Assembly: GCA_965261005.1 (NCBI GenBank)
Contig: OZ253375.1
Location: 2,688,001 to 2,752,000 of the forward strand
Origin: Deinococcus sp.
Lineage (GTDB): Bacteria; Deinococcota; Deinococci; Deinococcales; Deinococcaceae
Direction of reading: 5' to 3'
DNA length: 64,000 nt
The translations under genes were made by a program, and so were the position numbers. Numbering within the stretch: the stretch's first letter is position 1; each line of letters begins with the position of its first letter. The notes below the pieces were generated by a model. The model did no database searches and was not told where the DNA came from. It was given only the letters and a program-made list of their open reading frames with translations. Positions 1 through 13,139 of this stretch are shown here, piece by piece.

Positions 1-1239
1 CTGACCCTTTCCCGTCACGCGGTACTTGCTGCTGACCAATTGCCGCAGCCCCATCGGGCCGCGCGCGTGCAGCTTCTGGGTGCTGATGCCGATCTCGGCG
101 CCGAAGCCGAACTCGAAGCCGTCGGTGAAGCGGGTGGAGGCGTTGACGTAGACGCAGGCGGCGTCCACCTCATCCTGAAAGCGCCCCGCCGCCGCAAGCG
201 AGCCGGTCACGATGGCCTCGCTGTGGCCCGTCCCGTGGCGGGCGATGTGCAAGAGGGCCGCGTCCAGATCGTCCACCACCCTCACCGCGATGGTGAGGTC
301 CAGGTACTCCTCGTCCCAGTCCTCCTCGCTCGCCGCCGTCACGCCGGGGGCGTAGAGCTGGGCGTCCGCGTCGCCGCGCACCTCCACGCCCGCTTCCCGC
401 AGCGCCCTCACGGCGAGCGGCAAAAAGACGGGCGCCATCTCGCGGTCCACCAGCAGCTTTTCCAGCGCGTTGCACACGCCGGGGCGCTGCACCTTGCCGT
501 TGAGGAGGATGTTCAGCGCCATCTCTAAATCGGCCGCCGCGTGGACGTAGAGATGGCAGTTGCCCACCCCGGTCTCGATGGTCGGCACCCGCGCGTTCTC
601 CACCACGTGGCGGATCAGGCCCGCCCCACCGCGCGGAATGACCAAGTCCACCAGGCCGCGCGCCCCCAGCAGCTCGGTCACGTCGGCCCTGTCGCCCGAG
701 TCGAGCAGCGTCACGGCGTCCTGGGGCAGACCGGCGCCGTCCAGCCCCGCGCGCATGGCCCGCACGAGGGCGCGGTTGCTTCTCAGGGCACTGGAACTGC
801 CGCGCAGCACCGCCGCGCTGCCCACCTTGAGGCACAGGGCGGCCACGTCGGCGCTGACGTTGGGCCGCGACTCGTAGACCACGCCGATCACGCCGAAGGG
901 GACCGTCACCTGTTCTATACGCATCCCGTTGGGGTGGCGCCAGCCGTCCAGCACCCGTCCGAGGGGGTCGGGCAAGCGGGCGACCTGCCGTAGGCCGTCC
1001 GTGATGCCGGTTAGCTTGGATTCGTTCAGGGCTAGGCGGTCTAGCAGGGCTTCTGACGTGCCCTTGCCGCGTTCGGCGGCCACGTCCAGGGCGTTCTGGC
1101 AAAGAATTTCGTCGGCGTGTTCTTGCAGCTTTTGTGCCATCGTCTCCAGGGCGGCGTTTCGGTCGGCGCGCGCCAAACCGCGGCTGGCCGCCCGCGCGCG
1201 GGTCAGGGCGCCGTGAACGCCGGAGTCTCGCGTGGTCAT
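1..1239 (-). CDS. proA: Gamma-glutamyl phosphate reductase (3' end runs off the window)
   Basis: Not in the ORF track (no stop in window). Manual translation from ATG 1239: MTTRDSG...PFGVIGVVYESRPNV...IPRGGAGLI...GNCHLYV...CNALEKLL...NASTRFTDGFEFGFGAEIGISTQKLHARGPMGL. Confidence 0.95.
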   Translation of the reverse strand, partial: MTTRDSGVHGALTRARAASRGLARADRNAALETMAQKLQEHADEILCQNALDVAAERGKGTSEALLDRLALNESKLTGITDGLRQVARLPDPLGRVLDGWRHPNGMRIEQVTVPFGVIGVVYESRPNVSADVAALCLKVGSAAVLRGSSSALRSNRALVRAMRAGLDGAGLPQDAVTLLDSGDRADVTELLGARGLVDLVIPRGGAGLIRHVVENARVPTIETGVGNCHLYVHAAADLEMALNILLNGKVQRPGVCNALEKLLVDREMAPVFLPLAVRALREAGVEVRGDADAQLYAPGVTAASEEDWDEEYLDLTIAVRVVDDLDAALLHIARHGTGHSEAIVTGSLAAAGRFQDEVDAACVYVNASTRFTDGFEFGFGAEIGISTQKLHARGPMGLRQLVSSKYRVTGKGQ

Positions 1240-1247
1240 GCCCGAGT

Positions 1248-1955
1248 CTAGTCTCCCGGAACGGGAAAGGGCAGCGTCCCCTCGTACAAGGCGCGGCCCA
1301 CGATGGCGCCCTCGATCTTGAGTTCCGAGAGCATGTTCAAATCCTCTTCGTTTGCCACGCCGCCGCCCACGATCAGCTCGCCGCGCCACAAGTGGCGCAC
1401 CGCGTCCATCAAGTCGCGCTCCAAGCCGCGCAGGGTGCCGTCGCGGCTCACGTCGGTGAAGATCAGCGTCGCGAGGCCCTGCACCGACAGGCGGTGCAGC
1501 AGCTCGGGCACTTGAATGTTCCCCGCCTCGGCCCAGCCGCCCACGGCCACGTTCATGCCGCGCGCGTCCACGCTGACGACGATTCGCTCGGGGCCGTGTT
1601 CGCCCAGCAGCTCGGTGACCAGCTGGGGCGTCCGCACCGCCGCCGTGCCGAGGACCACCCGGGCCACGCCGCCCGCAAGCAGCGCCCGCGCCGCCCCCGC
1701 GTCGCGCACGCCCCCGCCCGCCTCCACGGGAATCCCTACCTTCCGCGCGATCTCGAAAAGGTCGCGCCGGTTTTGGCCGCGCCCGGTGGCGGCGTCGAGG
1801 TCCACCAGGTGCAGCGCTCCCGCCCCCAGACGTTCCCAATGTCGGGCCGCCTCCAGCGGCGAGTCGAAGTACACCGTCTCGCGCTCGGGGTCGCCCTCGA
1901 AAAGGCGCACGGCGCGGCCCGCTTGAATGTCCACGCAGGGAATGACCAGGGGCAT
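1248..1955 (-). CDS. hisA: ProFAR isomerase HisA
   Basis: [50 protein letters not shown]. Confidence 0.95.
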   Translation of the reverse strand: MPLVIPCVDIQAGRAVRLFEGDPERETVYFDSPLEAARHWERLGAGALHLVDLDAATGRGQNRRDLFEIARKVGIPVEAGGGVRDAGAARALLAGGVARVVLGTAAVRTPQLVTELLGEHGPERIVVSVDARGMNVAVGGWAEAGNIQVPELLHRLSVQGLATLIFTDVSRDGTLRGLERDLMDAVRHLWRGELIVGGGVANEEDLNMLSELKIEGAIVGRALYEGTLPFPVPGD

Positions 1956-1978
1956 ACTTGCAGAGTATAAGGAGAGAC

Positions 1979-2434
1979 ATGCGCCTGAACTACCGCCGAC
2001 TCGATCCCGCCGCCTACGAGGCCATGACCGCCCTGGAACACTACGTCCGGGACGGCGACCTCGACCCCAAGCTGCTCGAACTGATGAGGGTGCGGGTGTC
2101 GCAGCTGAATGGCTGCGCCTACTGCCTCGATCTGCACGCCCGCCAAGCCCTGAAGCTCGGCGAGACCCAGCAGCGCCTGAACGTGCTGGCCGCTTGGCGC
2201 GAGGCGCCCCTTTTCAGCGAACCCGAGCGGGCCGCCCTGGCCTTGGCTGAGGAGGTGACGCACATTTCGCAGGGCGGCGTGGCGGACGCGACCTTCGAGG
2301 CGGCGCGCGCCCAGTTCGGCGACGTGCCGCTGGTGCGCCTCTTGGTGGCGATCAACACCATCAACGCCTGGAACCGCCTCGCCATCGCCACCAAGATCGA
2401 GCCGCGCGTTCAGGCGGACGCCGCTACGGGCTGA
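1979..2434 (+). CDS. Carboxymuconolactone decarboxylase / AhpD-like protein
   Basis: [15 protein letters not shown]xxC motif, [10 protein letters not shown] 1979 follows AAGGAG. Confidence 0.85.
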   Translation: MRLNYRRLDPAAYEAMTALEHYVRDGDLDPKLLELMRVRVSQLNGCAYCLDLHARQALKLGETQQRLNVLAAWREAPLFSEPERAALALAEEVTHISQGGVADATFEAARAQFGDVPLVRLLVAINTINAWNRLAIATKIEPRVQADAATG

Positions 2435-2482
2435 ACCCGTCACGCCTGAGCCGGTCACGCTAGACTGGGCGCGGGAGGCCGC

Positions 2483-3643
<1,161 letters not shown>

Positions 3644-3673
3644 GATACGGCCGGCTTGAGATATGGCGGCATG

Positions 3674-3700
3674 AAAAAAGCTCCCCGAAACGGAGAGCTG
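3674..3700 (-). terminator. Intrinsic terminator downstream of tRNA-Leu
   Basis: Minus strand CAGCTCTCCG-TTT-CGGGGAGC followed by a T6 tract. Confidence 0.75.
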
Positions 3701-3702
3701 TG

Positions 3703-3787
<85 letters not shown>

Positions 3788-3808
3788 ACGGGTGTTTCAG
3801 GCCCGCTG

Positions 3809-3838
3809 AGTGTAGCGGGGGGCGCCGGGGCTTGTCAA
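3809..3838 (-). promoter_or_regulatory. Sigma70-type promoter of tRNA-Leu
   Basis: TTGACA (3833-3838), 18-bp spacer, TACACT (3809-3814) on the minus strand. Confidence 0.7.
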
Positions 3839-3896
3839 GATTTTGCGTGCGGACAAATTCGTCCTCAAGCCCTCCGGGCGCTGTTACACTTGCCTC

Positions 3897-6116
3897 ATGA
3901 GCGACTTTGAAGGTGACTATAAGCGGCGGCCCACGTCGCCGTTCGGGACCGCCGCCAAGCCGGCGGTTCCCAAGCCTGCCAGCGGTGATTACACCATTAA
4001 GTCGGCTGCTCTAAAAGCCGGCAAACCCTGGGAGCTAAGCTTCACCGGCGTTCAGGACGGCGTTACCTTCCACCTCCAACTCTCCCGCCTTTCCGACGGC
4101 CGTTTGACCGGACAGTACAGGGTCGAGGGTGGTCGGGCCAGACCTTGGCCCTTGCTCGGCAGCGTGCGCGAAGACGGCTCCTTCCGCCTGTGGGGCATTG
4201 ACAACAGCGCCGTGTTCGAGGGCACCTACGGCGCCGACAACGCCCTGCACATCGAAAAGTTTCACTTAAATCGAACAAATTTCCAAATTGAGGACCTGGA
4301 CCTGAAGCCCGAGGGGACGACCGGCCTCCAGACGGCAAAAGCCACCGACAAGACCAAGGTGGTCCGGCAGGTGCCGAGCACCGTGCCCAAGGCGGACGGC
4401 CAAGCGTGGGCGGGTCCCAAGACCTTCGAGGGCACCGACGCCCAAGGTGTCCACTTCGCGCTGAAGCTGAGCCGCGACGGGTTGGGCATGCTCGAAGGCA
4501 GCTATCAGGCGAACGGCGGGGAGTGGTGGGCGCTGAGGGGAACGCTCTACCGGGACGGACACCTTGAGGCGCGGGGCACGAACGGAGCGCGCTTTACGGG
4601 GCAGGTAGATCAGGCGGGAACAGGCTTGGCGTTGCGCGTTCACTTCCATCACTTGGTCACGGGCTATATGGGGGATCTGACCTTGGGCCAACGGGTTCAC
4701 GGCGCCTCCCCGCTGCCGCCTCGACCGGACATGAAAAGCAACACGACGGGACTGAAACAGCAGTCTCAAGATAAAGCGCCACGAGTCTCAAAGCTGTCTG
4801 ATTTGAGCCAGAAGTATCCCGACACTTCATTTGTGGTGCGACGCAGTGCATCTGGAGTTGCTTCTAAGCTTGAACGGCAGCGCGCATTTAATATTGTTAT
4901 TGCGGCCGCAAGGGATTGTGGAGAGCCTTTTCCAGAAGTTTTGGCGGCACAGTGGGCGCTGGAGAGTTCTTGGGGTCGTATCGAAAGTGGTAAGAACAAT
5001 CTGTTTGGCATTAAAGCCAGGCGGGGCGAACCATCAACTGAAGTGGTCACTCATGAAGAGGATTCGCGTGGTCAGAGGGAACGAACAACCGCACGTTTTA
5101 GGGATTATGACAGTGTGGTTGAGGGCGTTATGGCGAGGGTGGAGCTTACTCGACGCAATCCGGTTTACGCTCAGCATGGATATTTCACCGCGACAACCTC
5201 AAGACAGGCCGTGCAAGCCCTGAAAGCCGCCGGTTACGCTACAGATGGAGGATACGTACAGCTTATTGTTGGCGTTTTGAAGAGCATGGGTTGTGATGTA
5301 GACAAACCGGTTGTCGTGAGACAAGCTGTTCGTCCGCCTTCTCCGGGCGTTGAAATTGACACCTTGCCAAAACAGAAAAGTGTAGCACCAAAGAATAACA
5401 ACCTTTCCACTTTGATGAGCAAGGAAACGCTCAGTGTGGAAGAAGTTGCTGAGGCGCGATTGTTAATTGAACGCATTGACGACGTTCAATCCCGTGGAGA
5501 TATTTATTTACAGCTCCAGGGCAAGATTCCTTACCACAATCAACGTAATAATGCCAGCACGGAGCGCGGTAAGGACCTCGGTGACGCGATGTGTAACCTC
5601 ACGTCGTTGGCTATGGCTCTCGAAACGCTCGGAATAGACAACCCTGAACCGGAGCACTTTCCACAATTTGAAGATTTTCTGGAAGCTTTACGCGTCCGCA
5701 GAGAACTTCCAGCCCGTACTGCCATGGACGGTTGGGGAGGCGTGGCCAAGGCGATGGGCGCGCACTATCAACTTGTTGGTGGAGACGTGGTGACTGGTCA
5801 TACCGGCCAGTACGGCGCGGCTTGGTGGCACAAGCACATCTTGCCCGAGTTGCGTCAGGGAAAGGCTGTCACCATGAGCATAACGGGGCATATCGTCCGG
5901 GTCCAGGGCGTTGAAGAGGAGGGCCTCGTTGTGGACGACCCATACGGTATCTCTCGTCTCGATGCCGGCAAAAAGCGGGGATGGCGCAAGACCAACCGGA
6001 ACACCGGTCCTGAATCTGACGAAATGGTCGGGGCTGTCGGCAACGACGCGTTATGGAACTGGCAAGAGGTCGCTCAGCACACCATGCATTGGATTGCCGT
6101 ATTTAGCAAAAGATAG
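3897..6116 (+). CDS. Multidomain putative cell-wall-targeting effector: two beta-rich repeats + GH73 glucosaminidase + C39-like cysteine peptidase
   Basis: AAQWALESSWG, NNLFGIKA, FRDYDS, GYATDGGY (GH73/FlgJ-like). YHNQRNN, MCNLTSLAMAL, GHIVRVQG, VVDDPYG (C39-like Q/C/H/D). ATG 3897 is 6 nt after TACACT; no signal peptide. Confidence 0.8.
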   Translation: MSDFEGDYKRRPTSPFGTAAKPAVPKPASGDYTIKSAALKAGKPWELSFTGVQDGVTFHLQLSRLSDGRLTGQYRVEGGRARPWPLLGSVREDGSFRLWGIDNSAVFEGTYGADNALHIEKFHLNRTNFQIEDLDLKPEGTTGLQTAKATDKTKVVRQVPSTVPKADGQAWAGPKTFEGTDAQGVHFALKLSRDGLGMLEGSYQANGGEWWALRGTLYRDGHLEARGTNGARFTGQVDQAGTGLALRVHFHHLVTGYMGDLTLGQRVHGASPLPPRPDMKSNTTGLKQQSQDKAPRVSKLSDLSQKYPDTSFVVRRSASGVASKLERQRAFNIVIAAARDCGEPFPEVLAAQWALESSWGRIESGKNNLFGIKARRGEPSTEVVTHEEDSRGQRERTTARFRDYDSVVEGVMARVELTRRNPVYAQHGYFTATTSRQAVQALKAAGYATDGGYVQLIVGVLKSMGCDVDKPVVVRQAVRPPSPGVEIDTLPKQKSVAPKNNNLSTLMSKETLSVEEVAEARLLIERIDDVQSRGDIYLQLQGKIPYHNQRNNASTERGKDLGDAMCNLTSLAMALETLGIDNPEPEHFPQFEDFLEALRVRRELPARTAMDGWGGVAKAMGAHYQLVGGDVVTGHTGQYGAAWWHKHILPELRQGKAVTMSITGHIVRVQGVEEEGLVVDDPYGISRLDAGKKRGWRKTNRNTGPESDEMVGAVGNDALWNWQEVAQHTMHWIAVFSKR

Positions 6117-6153
6117 TCGTCAGACTGTTGTGTTGATATGAACAGGAGCTGCC

Positions 6154-6786
6154 ATGCGTGTCTATTTTTTAAAACCGAACCGCTCGTTCTACACTTCCGT
6201 CGTAAAAGTTGGCCTCTTGCTGATCATACAATTGGTTGGCGCTCAGGCTGACAAAGCACCGTCTAATGTCCTGGATTATTATAACGCGCTTCCTGCAACG
6301 CTTCTGCCCATTCTCAAGGGCGTCAGGGACCGCAGTACTCTCCTAAAAATTAAGGACGTTAAAAATGGCTACTTACGTTTAGAAGGAGCTTGGGATGGTT
6401 ACGCCGAAATCGCGCTGTGGAATAACCGAGTGGGCCAGAACCTTCTGGGAATCAACCAGACAAGCTGTGCCCCCGTGTGCGTACAGAACATCCACTTCGT
6501 ACGTCTTTTGAGTGGTGAGTGGGTGGACGTGACCAGCAAATCACTTCCGAAATTGACGGATCAGATGTTGCTTGACCGGTACAACAAACTAAAAACCAAA
6601 GAAGACGAAAACTATACCGTTAGAGACATCCTGCCGTTCATTTACAACCTTCCTCGTTTCGGAACCAAGATTGAGGTCGCCGTTGACGAGCAATTCACCG
6701 AGCGCCCGATCAAATTATTTGACTTGATTTTTTTGCCAGAGAAGCTTGCTTTTCGCGCGGTCGCCTCACAAGAAGGACGGCGATGA
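6154..6786 (+). CDS. Exported hypothetical protein, candidate immunity protein
   Basis: Hydrophobic N-terminus ending VGAQA, CAPVC motif, AT-richer DNA, SD AGGAG. Confidence 0.65.
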   Translation: MRVYFLKPNRSFYTSVVKVGLLLIIQLVGAQADKAPSNVLDYYNALPATLLPILKGVRDRSTLLKIKDVKNGYLRLEGAWDGYAEIALWNNRVGQNLLGINQTSCAPVCVQNIHFVRLLSGEWVDVTSKSLPKLTDQMLLDRYNKLKTKEDENYTVRDILPFIYNLPRFGTKIEVAVDEQFTERPIKLFDLIFLPEKLAFRAVASQEGRR

Positions 6787-7295
6787 AGTTTCACAGCTTC
6801 ATATTTTTCGCCCTGGCGACGAGCACGGCTGCCGGAGCAGGTGTCGCGGCGCCTGGCTTTAAAACTGTTTGCTTCGGTGCGCGCCACCTGTGCGTACAGG
6901 TGCCGTCCGCTTGGAGTGGGGCGGCCCTACGCACCCAGAGCGCCGGCGGTACCGACAAGATTGTCGCGGTGTACAAGGTTCACGCGGCGGGTCAGGATGT
7001 GGGCTTTCCCGAAGGATTCACCGCAACGGCCCGCTCAGTCGGACCCAAGCTCAATCTTGCGGCGGTGTACGCCGACACGGCCGACGAATTGGAAAGCTTG
7101 TCGTCCGACATCACCTACAGGCGGCTGACGAGTGACTGGTTCGTGCTGTCCGGCCACGACGCGAAAGGCTACATCTTCTACCTCAAGGGCGTTGCCGGCT
7201 CTGGCATCTACAAGGAACTCAACGTCTATTACCCACCCGGCAACGCCGCTTACTGGAGTCCGTTGCTCGGGCCGATGGGCAAGACGTTCCGGTAA
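6783..7295 (+). CDS. Exported hypothetical protein (possible PsbP/Mog1-like fold), candidate immunity protein
   Basis: Signal peptide MKFHSFIFFALATSTAAG; WFVLSG...IFYLKG...VYYP pattern; ATGA overlap with the upstream gene. Confidence 0.6.
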   Translation: MKFHSFIFFALATSTAAGAGVAAPGFKTVCFGARHLCVQVPSAWSGAALRTQSAGGTDKIVAVYKVHAAGQDVGFPEGFTATARSVGPKLNLAAVYADTADELESLSSDITYRRLTSDWFVLSGHDAKGYIFYLKGVAGSGIYKELNVYYPPGNAAYWSPLLGPMGKTFR

Positions 7296-7443
7296 GCGGT
7301 GCGCTCAAATCTCCTGCCGGTCGGCCTGGCTGAGCTACACTGAAGTTCGTAGCCGAGGAGTGGGTATGCGGACCATCAGCTCAACTTCGTTATCTGGGAC
7401 TGTGATCGGTGGTAGCCATGTTTAACGACGGGGTCGTGGTTGA

Positions 7444-9624
7444 ATGAATAATCACACCGAAAACTTCTTTACGAAGAAGCCAGAGGAACAGAACAGGCCC
7501 CAGCCGAGCAATCCGGCCACCCCTGCCGACCTCGCCAGGTTGCACAAGGCGACCGAGACGTTACTTTCGCGGATCGAGTCGGCACAAGATACGGAGGGCG
7601 TTCAGACTCCCTACCAGTTCGAATGGCCTGACTTTCCGCCCGGTACCAGCCTGGGCCACATGACCGAACTCTTCGGGCTGAGCGCGTTCGAGCAGCAGGT
7701 GTTGCTGTTGGCGCTGGCCGCCGAGGAACACCTGACGCTGTTTCGCAGGCTGTGCGCCCATGAGTTGGGCGGTGAGGCGTCCGTGAGCGAAGCGCAGCTC
7801 TCGCCCCTGATGCTGCGGCGCTGGTGCCTCGAGGCCGACCTGACCTCGCTCGAAGACGCCGGCACGCTCTTCACTTACGGCCTGTTACGCTCGCGCGACA
7901 CCGGCCTCGGCCGCAATTTGCGTGCGCTGACGCTCACGCCGGGGGCGTACCGCTGCCTGCTGGGCTTGGGGGGATGGGAGGGCGGGTTGCTGAACCCGCT
8001 AGGATCGTCCGGCGGCCTGAGCGCCAGGCAGAACCGCGACGCCGAAACGCTCGCCGGCGCGCTGAGGCCTGTTTCGCCCAGGGCCAAGGTGCCTGGGTCC
8101 AGGTCGCTTGGCGCCGGTTTCGGCGATGGCAAGGCGGCGTCCAGGGTGCCACTCGCAAACGTGTACGGCGACGTGCGCGGCGCTCTGGACGTGGTCGGCT
8201 CTGCGTTTGCGCAAGCAGGCTGGCCGGCTTACCAGGTGCGGCTGAACGAGGTGGTGCAGCAAGCCGGACTGGGGACGAGCGAGGCGTGGGCACAGCTCGA
8301 CGAGTTGGTGCGCGACGTGTTGCGCGAAAGCGCGTGGCGGCAACTCGCGCTGGTCGTGGTGACCGAAGACCGGCCGGAGGTGGGCAAGGCGGACGCGGAT
8401 AAGATCGCCGCGCGCTCCGCCCTGACGACCCTTCTGCAAGGCGTGCGTGGCCCCTTCGTCGTGGTGTCGCGTGAGCCGCTTCCGCTGCCAACCCAACAGG
8501 CCGTCACCGCCCTGGAGGTGGCCCGCCCCACGCCACACGAACAGTTTGAAACTTGGGCGCGCGCCCTCGGGTTGCCGGTAGCACAGGTGGAAGGGCGCGC
8601 CGCCAAGCAGTTGGGCCGGCTGGCCGGACAGTTCGACTTGTCCGGCGAGCAATTGTGGCGGGTGGGCCGCGACGCGCGCGCGGCGCTGGCGCAACTCGTT
8701 CAGGCTCAAGCTCCACACCTTCAATCGGTCCCGGACGACAAAGAGCTTGTCGCCACCGAGGAGCGGCGCCTGGTTCTGATTGAGCAGGCGTGGGTCGCCT
8801 GTCGCCGGGCGGGCCGCTCGGCCATGGCGGGGGCGCGTCCGCTGGCCGAGCACCTCAGCAGCCAGACCGAGTGGGACGACCTGATTCTCCCCGCCGCCGA
8901 CCAAGAGGTGTTGCGCGAAATGGTGCTGCATGTGCGCGAGCGCCATGCGGTCCAGCGCTTGCTGGGAGCGGGGGCTTGGCGCGAGGGCGGCATCGTGGCG
9001 CTGTTTTCCGGCCCCAGCGGCACCGGCAAGACCTACGCCGCCGAGGTGCTGGCGCGCGAACTTGAGCTTGACTTGTACCGGGTGGACTTGTCGCAGCTGA
9101 GCAGCAAGTGGATCGGCGAAACTGAAAAGAACCTCGCCAAGCTCTTCGACGCGGCGGACGAGGGCGGCGTGGTGCTGCTCTTCGACGAGGCCGACAGCGT
9201 CTTTGGCAAGCGCGGCGACGGCGGCGACGCCGGCGGGCGCCACGCCAACATGCAGACCAACTACTTGCTTCAGCGCTTGGAGGCGTACCGGGGCTTGGCA
9301 ATCCTTACTACCAACCTGCCCAGGAGCATTGACTCCGCCTTTTTGCGGCGCATCCGCTTTGAGCTGAGCTTTCGCGAGCCGGGTACGCCCGAGCGCTTGT
9401 TGCTGTGGCAGCGCGCCTTTCCAGCGGGCGCTCCCCTCGGTGAGGTGGACTTTCTGGAACTCGCCCAGCTCAAGCTGACCGGCGCCAACATCAAGCGCGC
9501 CGCCCTGCACGCCCTCTACCTCTCGGCGGCGCAGGACGCCCCCATTGATCAAGTGATGCTGCGCCTGAGTACCAAGCGCGAGCTGCGCAAGCTCGGCCGC
9601 CTGTCGCTCGACTTGGCCGATTGA
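7444..9624 (+). CDS. AAA+ ATPase of the eCIS-associated Afp15/Pvc15-like type
   Basis: N-terminal [19 protein letters not shown], degenerate middle module, WDDLILP, Walker [31 protein letters not shown], Walker [24 protein letters not shown]. Confidence 0.8.
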   Translation: MNNHTENFFTKKPEEQNRPQPSNPATPADLARLHKATETLLSRIESAQDTEGVQTPYQFEWPDFPPGTSLGHMTELFGLSAFEQQVLLLALAAEEHLTLFRRLCAHELGGEASVSEAQLSPLMLRRWCLEADLTSLEDAGTLFTYGLLRSRDTGLGRNLRALTLTPGAYRCLLGLGGWEGGLLNPLGSSGGLSARQNRDAETLAGALRPVSPRAKVPGSRSLGAGFGDGKAASRVPLANVYGDVRGALDVVGSAFAQAGWPAYQVRLNEVVQQAGLGTSEAWAQLDELVRDVLRESAWRQLALVVVTEDRPEVGKADADKIAARSALTTLLQGVRGPFVVVSREPLPLPTQQAVTALEVARPTPHEQFETWARALGLPVAQVEGRAAKQLGRLAGQFDLSGEQLWRVGRDARAALAQLVQAQAPHLQSVPDDKELVATEERRLVLIEQAWVACRRAGRSAMAGARPLAEHLSSQTEWDDLILPAADQEVLREMVLHVRERHAVQRLLGAGAWREGGIVALFSGPSGTGKTYAAEVLARELELDLYRVDLSQLSSKWIGETEKNLAKLFDAADEGGVVLLFDEADSVFGKRGDGGDAGGRHANMQTNYLLQRLEAYRGLAILTTNLPRSIDSAFLRRIRFELSFREPGTPERLLLWQRAFPAGAPLGEVDFLELAQLKLTGANIKRAALHALYLSAAQDAPIDQVMLRLSTKRELRKLGRLSLDLAD

Positions 9625-9700
9625 AGACTTGGCCGGCTGAAGAGAGCGTGGGCAAGAAGACCAACCCGCCAAATCGGCCGTTTTCTGCTCTTCGCGCGTC

Positions 9701-9730
9701 TTGCGCCCGCACGCTTGGGGGCGCTAAGAT
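9701..9730 (+). promoter_or_regulatory. Candidate str operon promoter
   Basis: TTGCGC, 18 bp, TAAGAT about 180 nt upstream of rpsL. Confidence 0.45.
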
Positions 9731-9913
9731 GTGCAGGCTGGAAACTCTGCCGGTCAGATTGCGGCCGGCGTTTCTGCGGACCTTTCCCAAACGGGGTGCT
9801 TCCAGAGTGTTCTTCGCTCACAGAAGCCGTGCTGACCGGACGGGACGGGCAAAACTTTAAGAGACCAGTAGAGCCTCCTATCCACTCCACATCCACAAAG
9901 GAAGTGAACCAGC

Positions 9914-10318
9914 TTGCCTACCGTTCAGCAACTTCTGCGCAAGGGCCGCGCCACGCTGCGCAAGAAAACCAAGGTGCCGGCCCTCAAGAGCAGCCCTCAG
10001 CGGCGCGGTGTCTGCACCGTCGTCAAGACCACTACCCCCAAAAAGCCCAACTCGGCGCTGCGTAAAATTGCGCGCGTGCGCCTGACCAGTGGCTTTGAGG
10101 TCACGGCCTACATTCCCGGCGAGGGCCACAACCTTCAGGAGCACAGCGTGGTCCTGATTCGCGGCGGGCGCGTCAAGGACCTGCCCGGCGTGCGCTACCA
10201 CATCGTGCGCGGCACCTTAGACACCGCCGGCGTCAAGGACCGCAACAAGAGCCGCTCCAAGTACGGCACCAAGAAGCCCAAAGCCGGCGCCGCCGCCGCC
10301 GCCACAAAGAGGAGGTAG
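9914..10318 (+). CDS. rpsL: 30S ribosomal protein S12
   Basis: [24 protein letters not shown] start. Confidence 0.98.
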   Translation: MPTVQQLLRKGRATLRKKTKVPALKSSPQRRGVCTVVKTTTPKKPNSALRKIARVRLTSGFEVTAYIPGEGHNLQEHSVVLIRGGRVKDLPGVRYHIVRGTLDTAGVKDRNKSRSKYGTKKPKAGAAAAATKRR

Positions 10319-10321
10319 CGC

Positions 10322-10792
10322 ATGGCCCGCCGCCGTAGAGCTGAAGTCCGCCCCCTACAACCCGATTTGGTGTACAGCGACGTGGTCGTCAGCGCCATGA
10401 TCAACCGTCTGATGAGCGACGGCAAGAAGAACCTGGCCAGCCGCATCTTTTACGGCGCCTGCCGCCTGATTCAGGAGCGCACCGGCCAGGAACCCCTCAA
10501 GGTGTTCCGTCAAGCCTTTGACAACGTCAAGCCGCGCGTCGAGGTGAGGTCGCGCCGCGTCGGCGGCAGCACCTACCAGGTGCCCGTCGAGGTCAACCCG
10601 CGCCGGGTGCAGAGCCTCGCGCTGCGCTGGATTCTGCTGGCCAGCAACGGCCGCCCCGAGCGCACCGCCGTCGAGCGCTTGGCCGGCGAATTGATGGACG
10701 CCGCACAGGGCCGCGGCGGCGCCATCAAGAAAAAAGATGACATCGAGCGCATGGCCGAGGCCAACCGCGCTTACGCTCACTACCGCTGGTAA
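10322..10792 (+). CDS. rpsG: 30S ribosomal protein S7
   Basis: [24 protein letters not shown]. Confidence 0.98.
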   Translation: MARRRRAEVRPLQPDLVYSDVVVSAMINRLMSDGKKNLASRIFYGACRLIQERTGQEPLKVFRQAFDNVKPRVEVRSRRVGGSTYQVPVEVNPRRVQSLALRWILLASNGRPERTAVERLAGELMDAAQGRGGAIKKKDDIERMAEANRAYAHYRW

Positions 10793-10876
10793 CGGCAAGG
10801 CAACGTTCAAGAGGTCGCCAGCGCCCCCGCGACGTTGGCGACCTTACGGTGGTTGGGGTGAAAGGAGGTGAGACCC

Positions 10877-10995
10877 ATGCATCAAGACGACGCGGCAGAA
10901 GACGTTTCATCACGGTTTTTTGCCGGTTTACGCCTTATTCCGGGTTTCACGCCCGGACATCCCAACACGCCACGCCGACCCTTCAAAGAGGACTT

Positions 10996-10999
<4 letters not shown>
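10877..10999 (+). CDS. Putative 40-aa upstream peptide overlapping the fusA start
   Basis: AAAGGAGGTGA at 10861-10871, ATG 10877, [43 protein letters not shown] overlaps the fusA ATG (ATGA). Confidence 0.45.
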
Positions 11000-13080
<2,081 letters not shown>

Positions 13081-13095
13081 GCCGCGAGAGGCGAA

Positions 13096-13130
13096 GGGCC
13101 AGGGACATGTTCCCTGGCCCCGCACTTTTG
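13096..13130 (+). terminator. Hairpin / probable terminator after fusA
   Basis: GGGCCAGGGA-CATGT-TCCCTGGCCC then cgcacTTTT. Confidence 0.55.
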
Positions 13131-13139
13131 GAGGAAGAC

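Noticed and set aside
10849..10995. 49-aa N-terminal extension of EF-G given by the ORF track
   Set aside because: EF-G similarity begins at ATG 10996, which has its own SD; the strong upstream SD points to a different frame.
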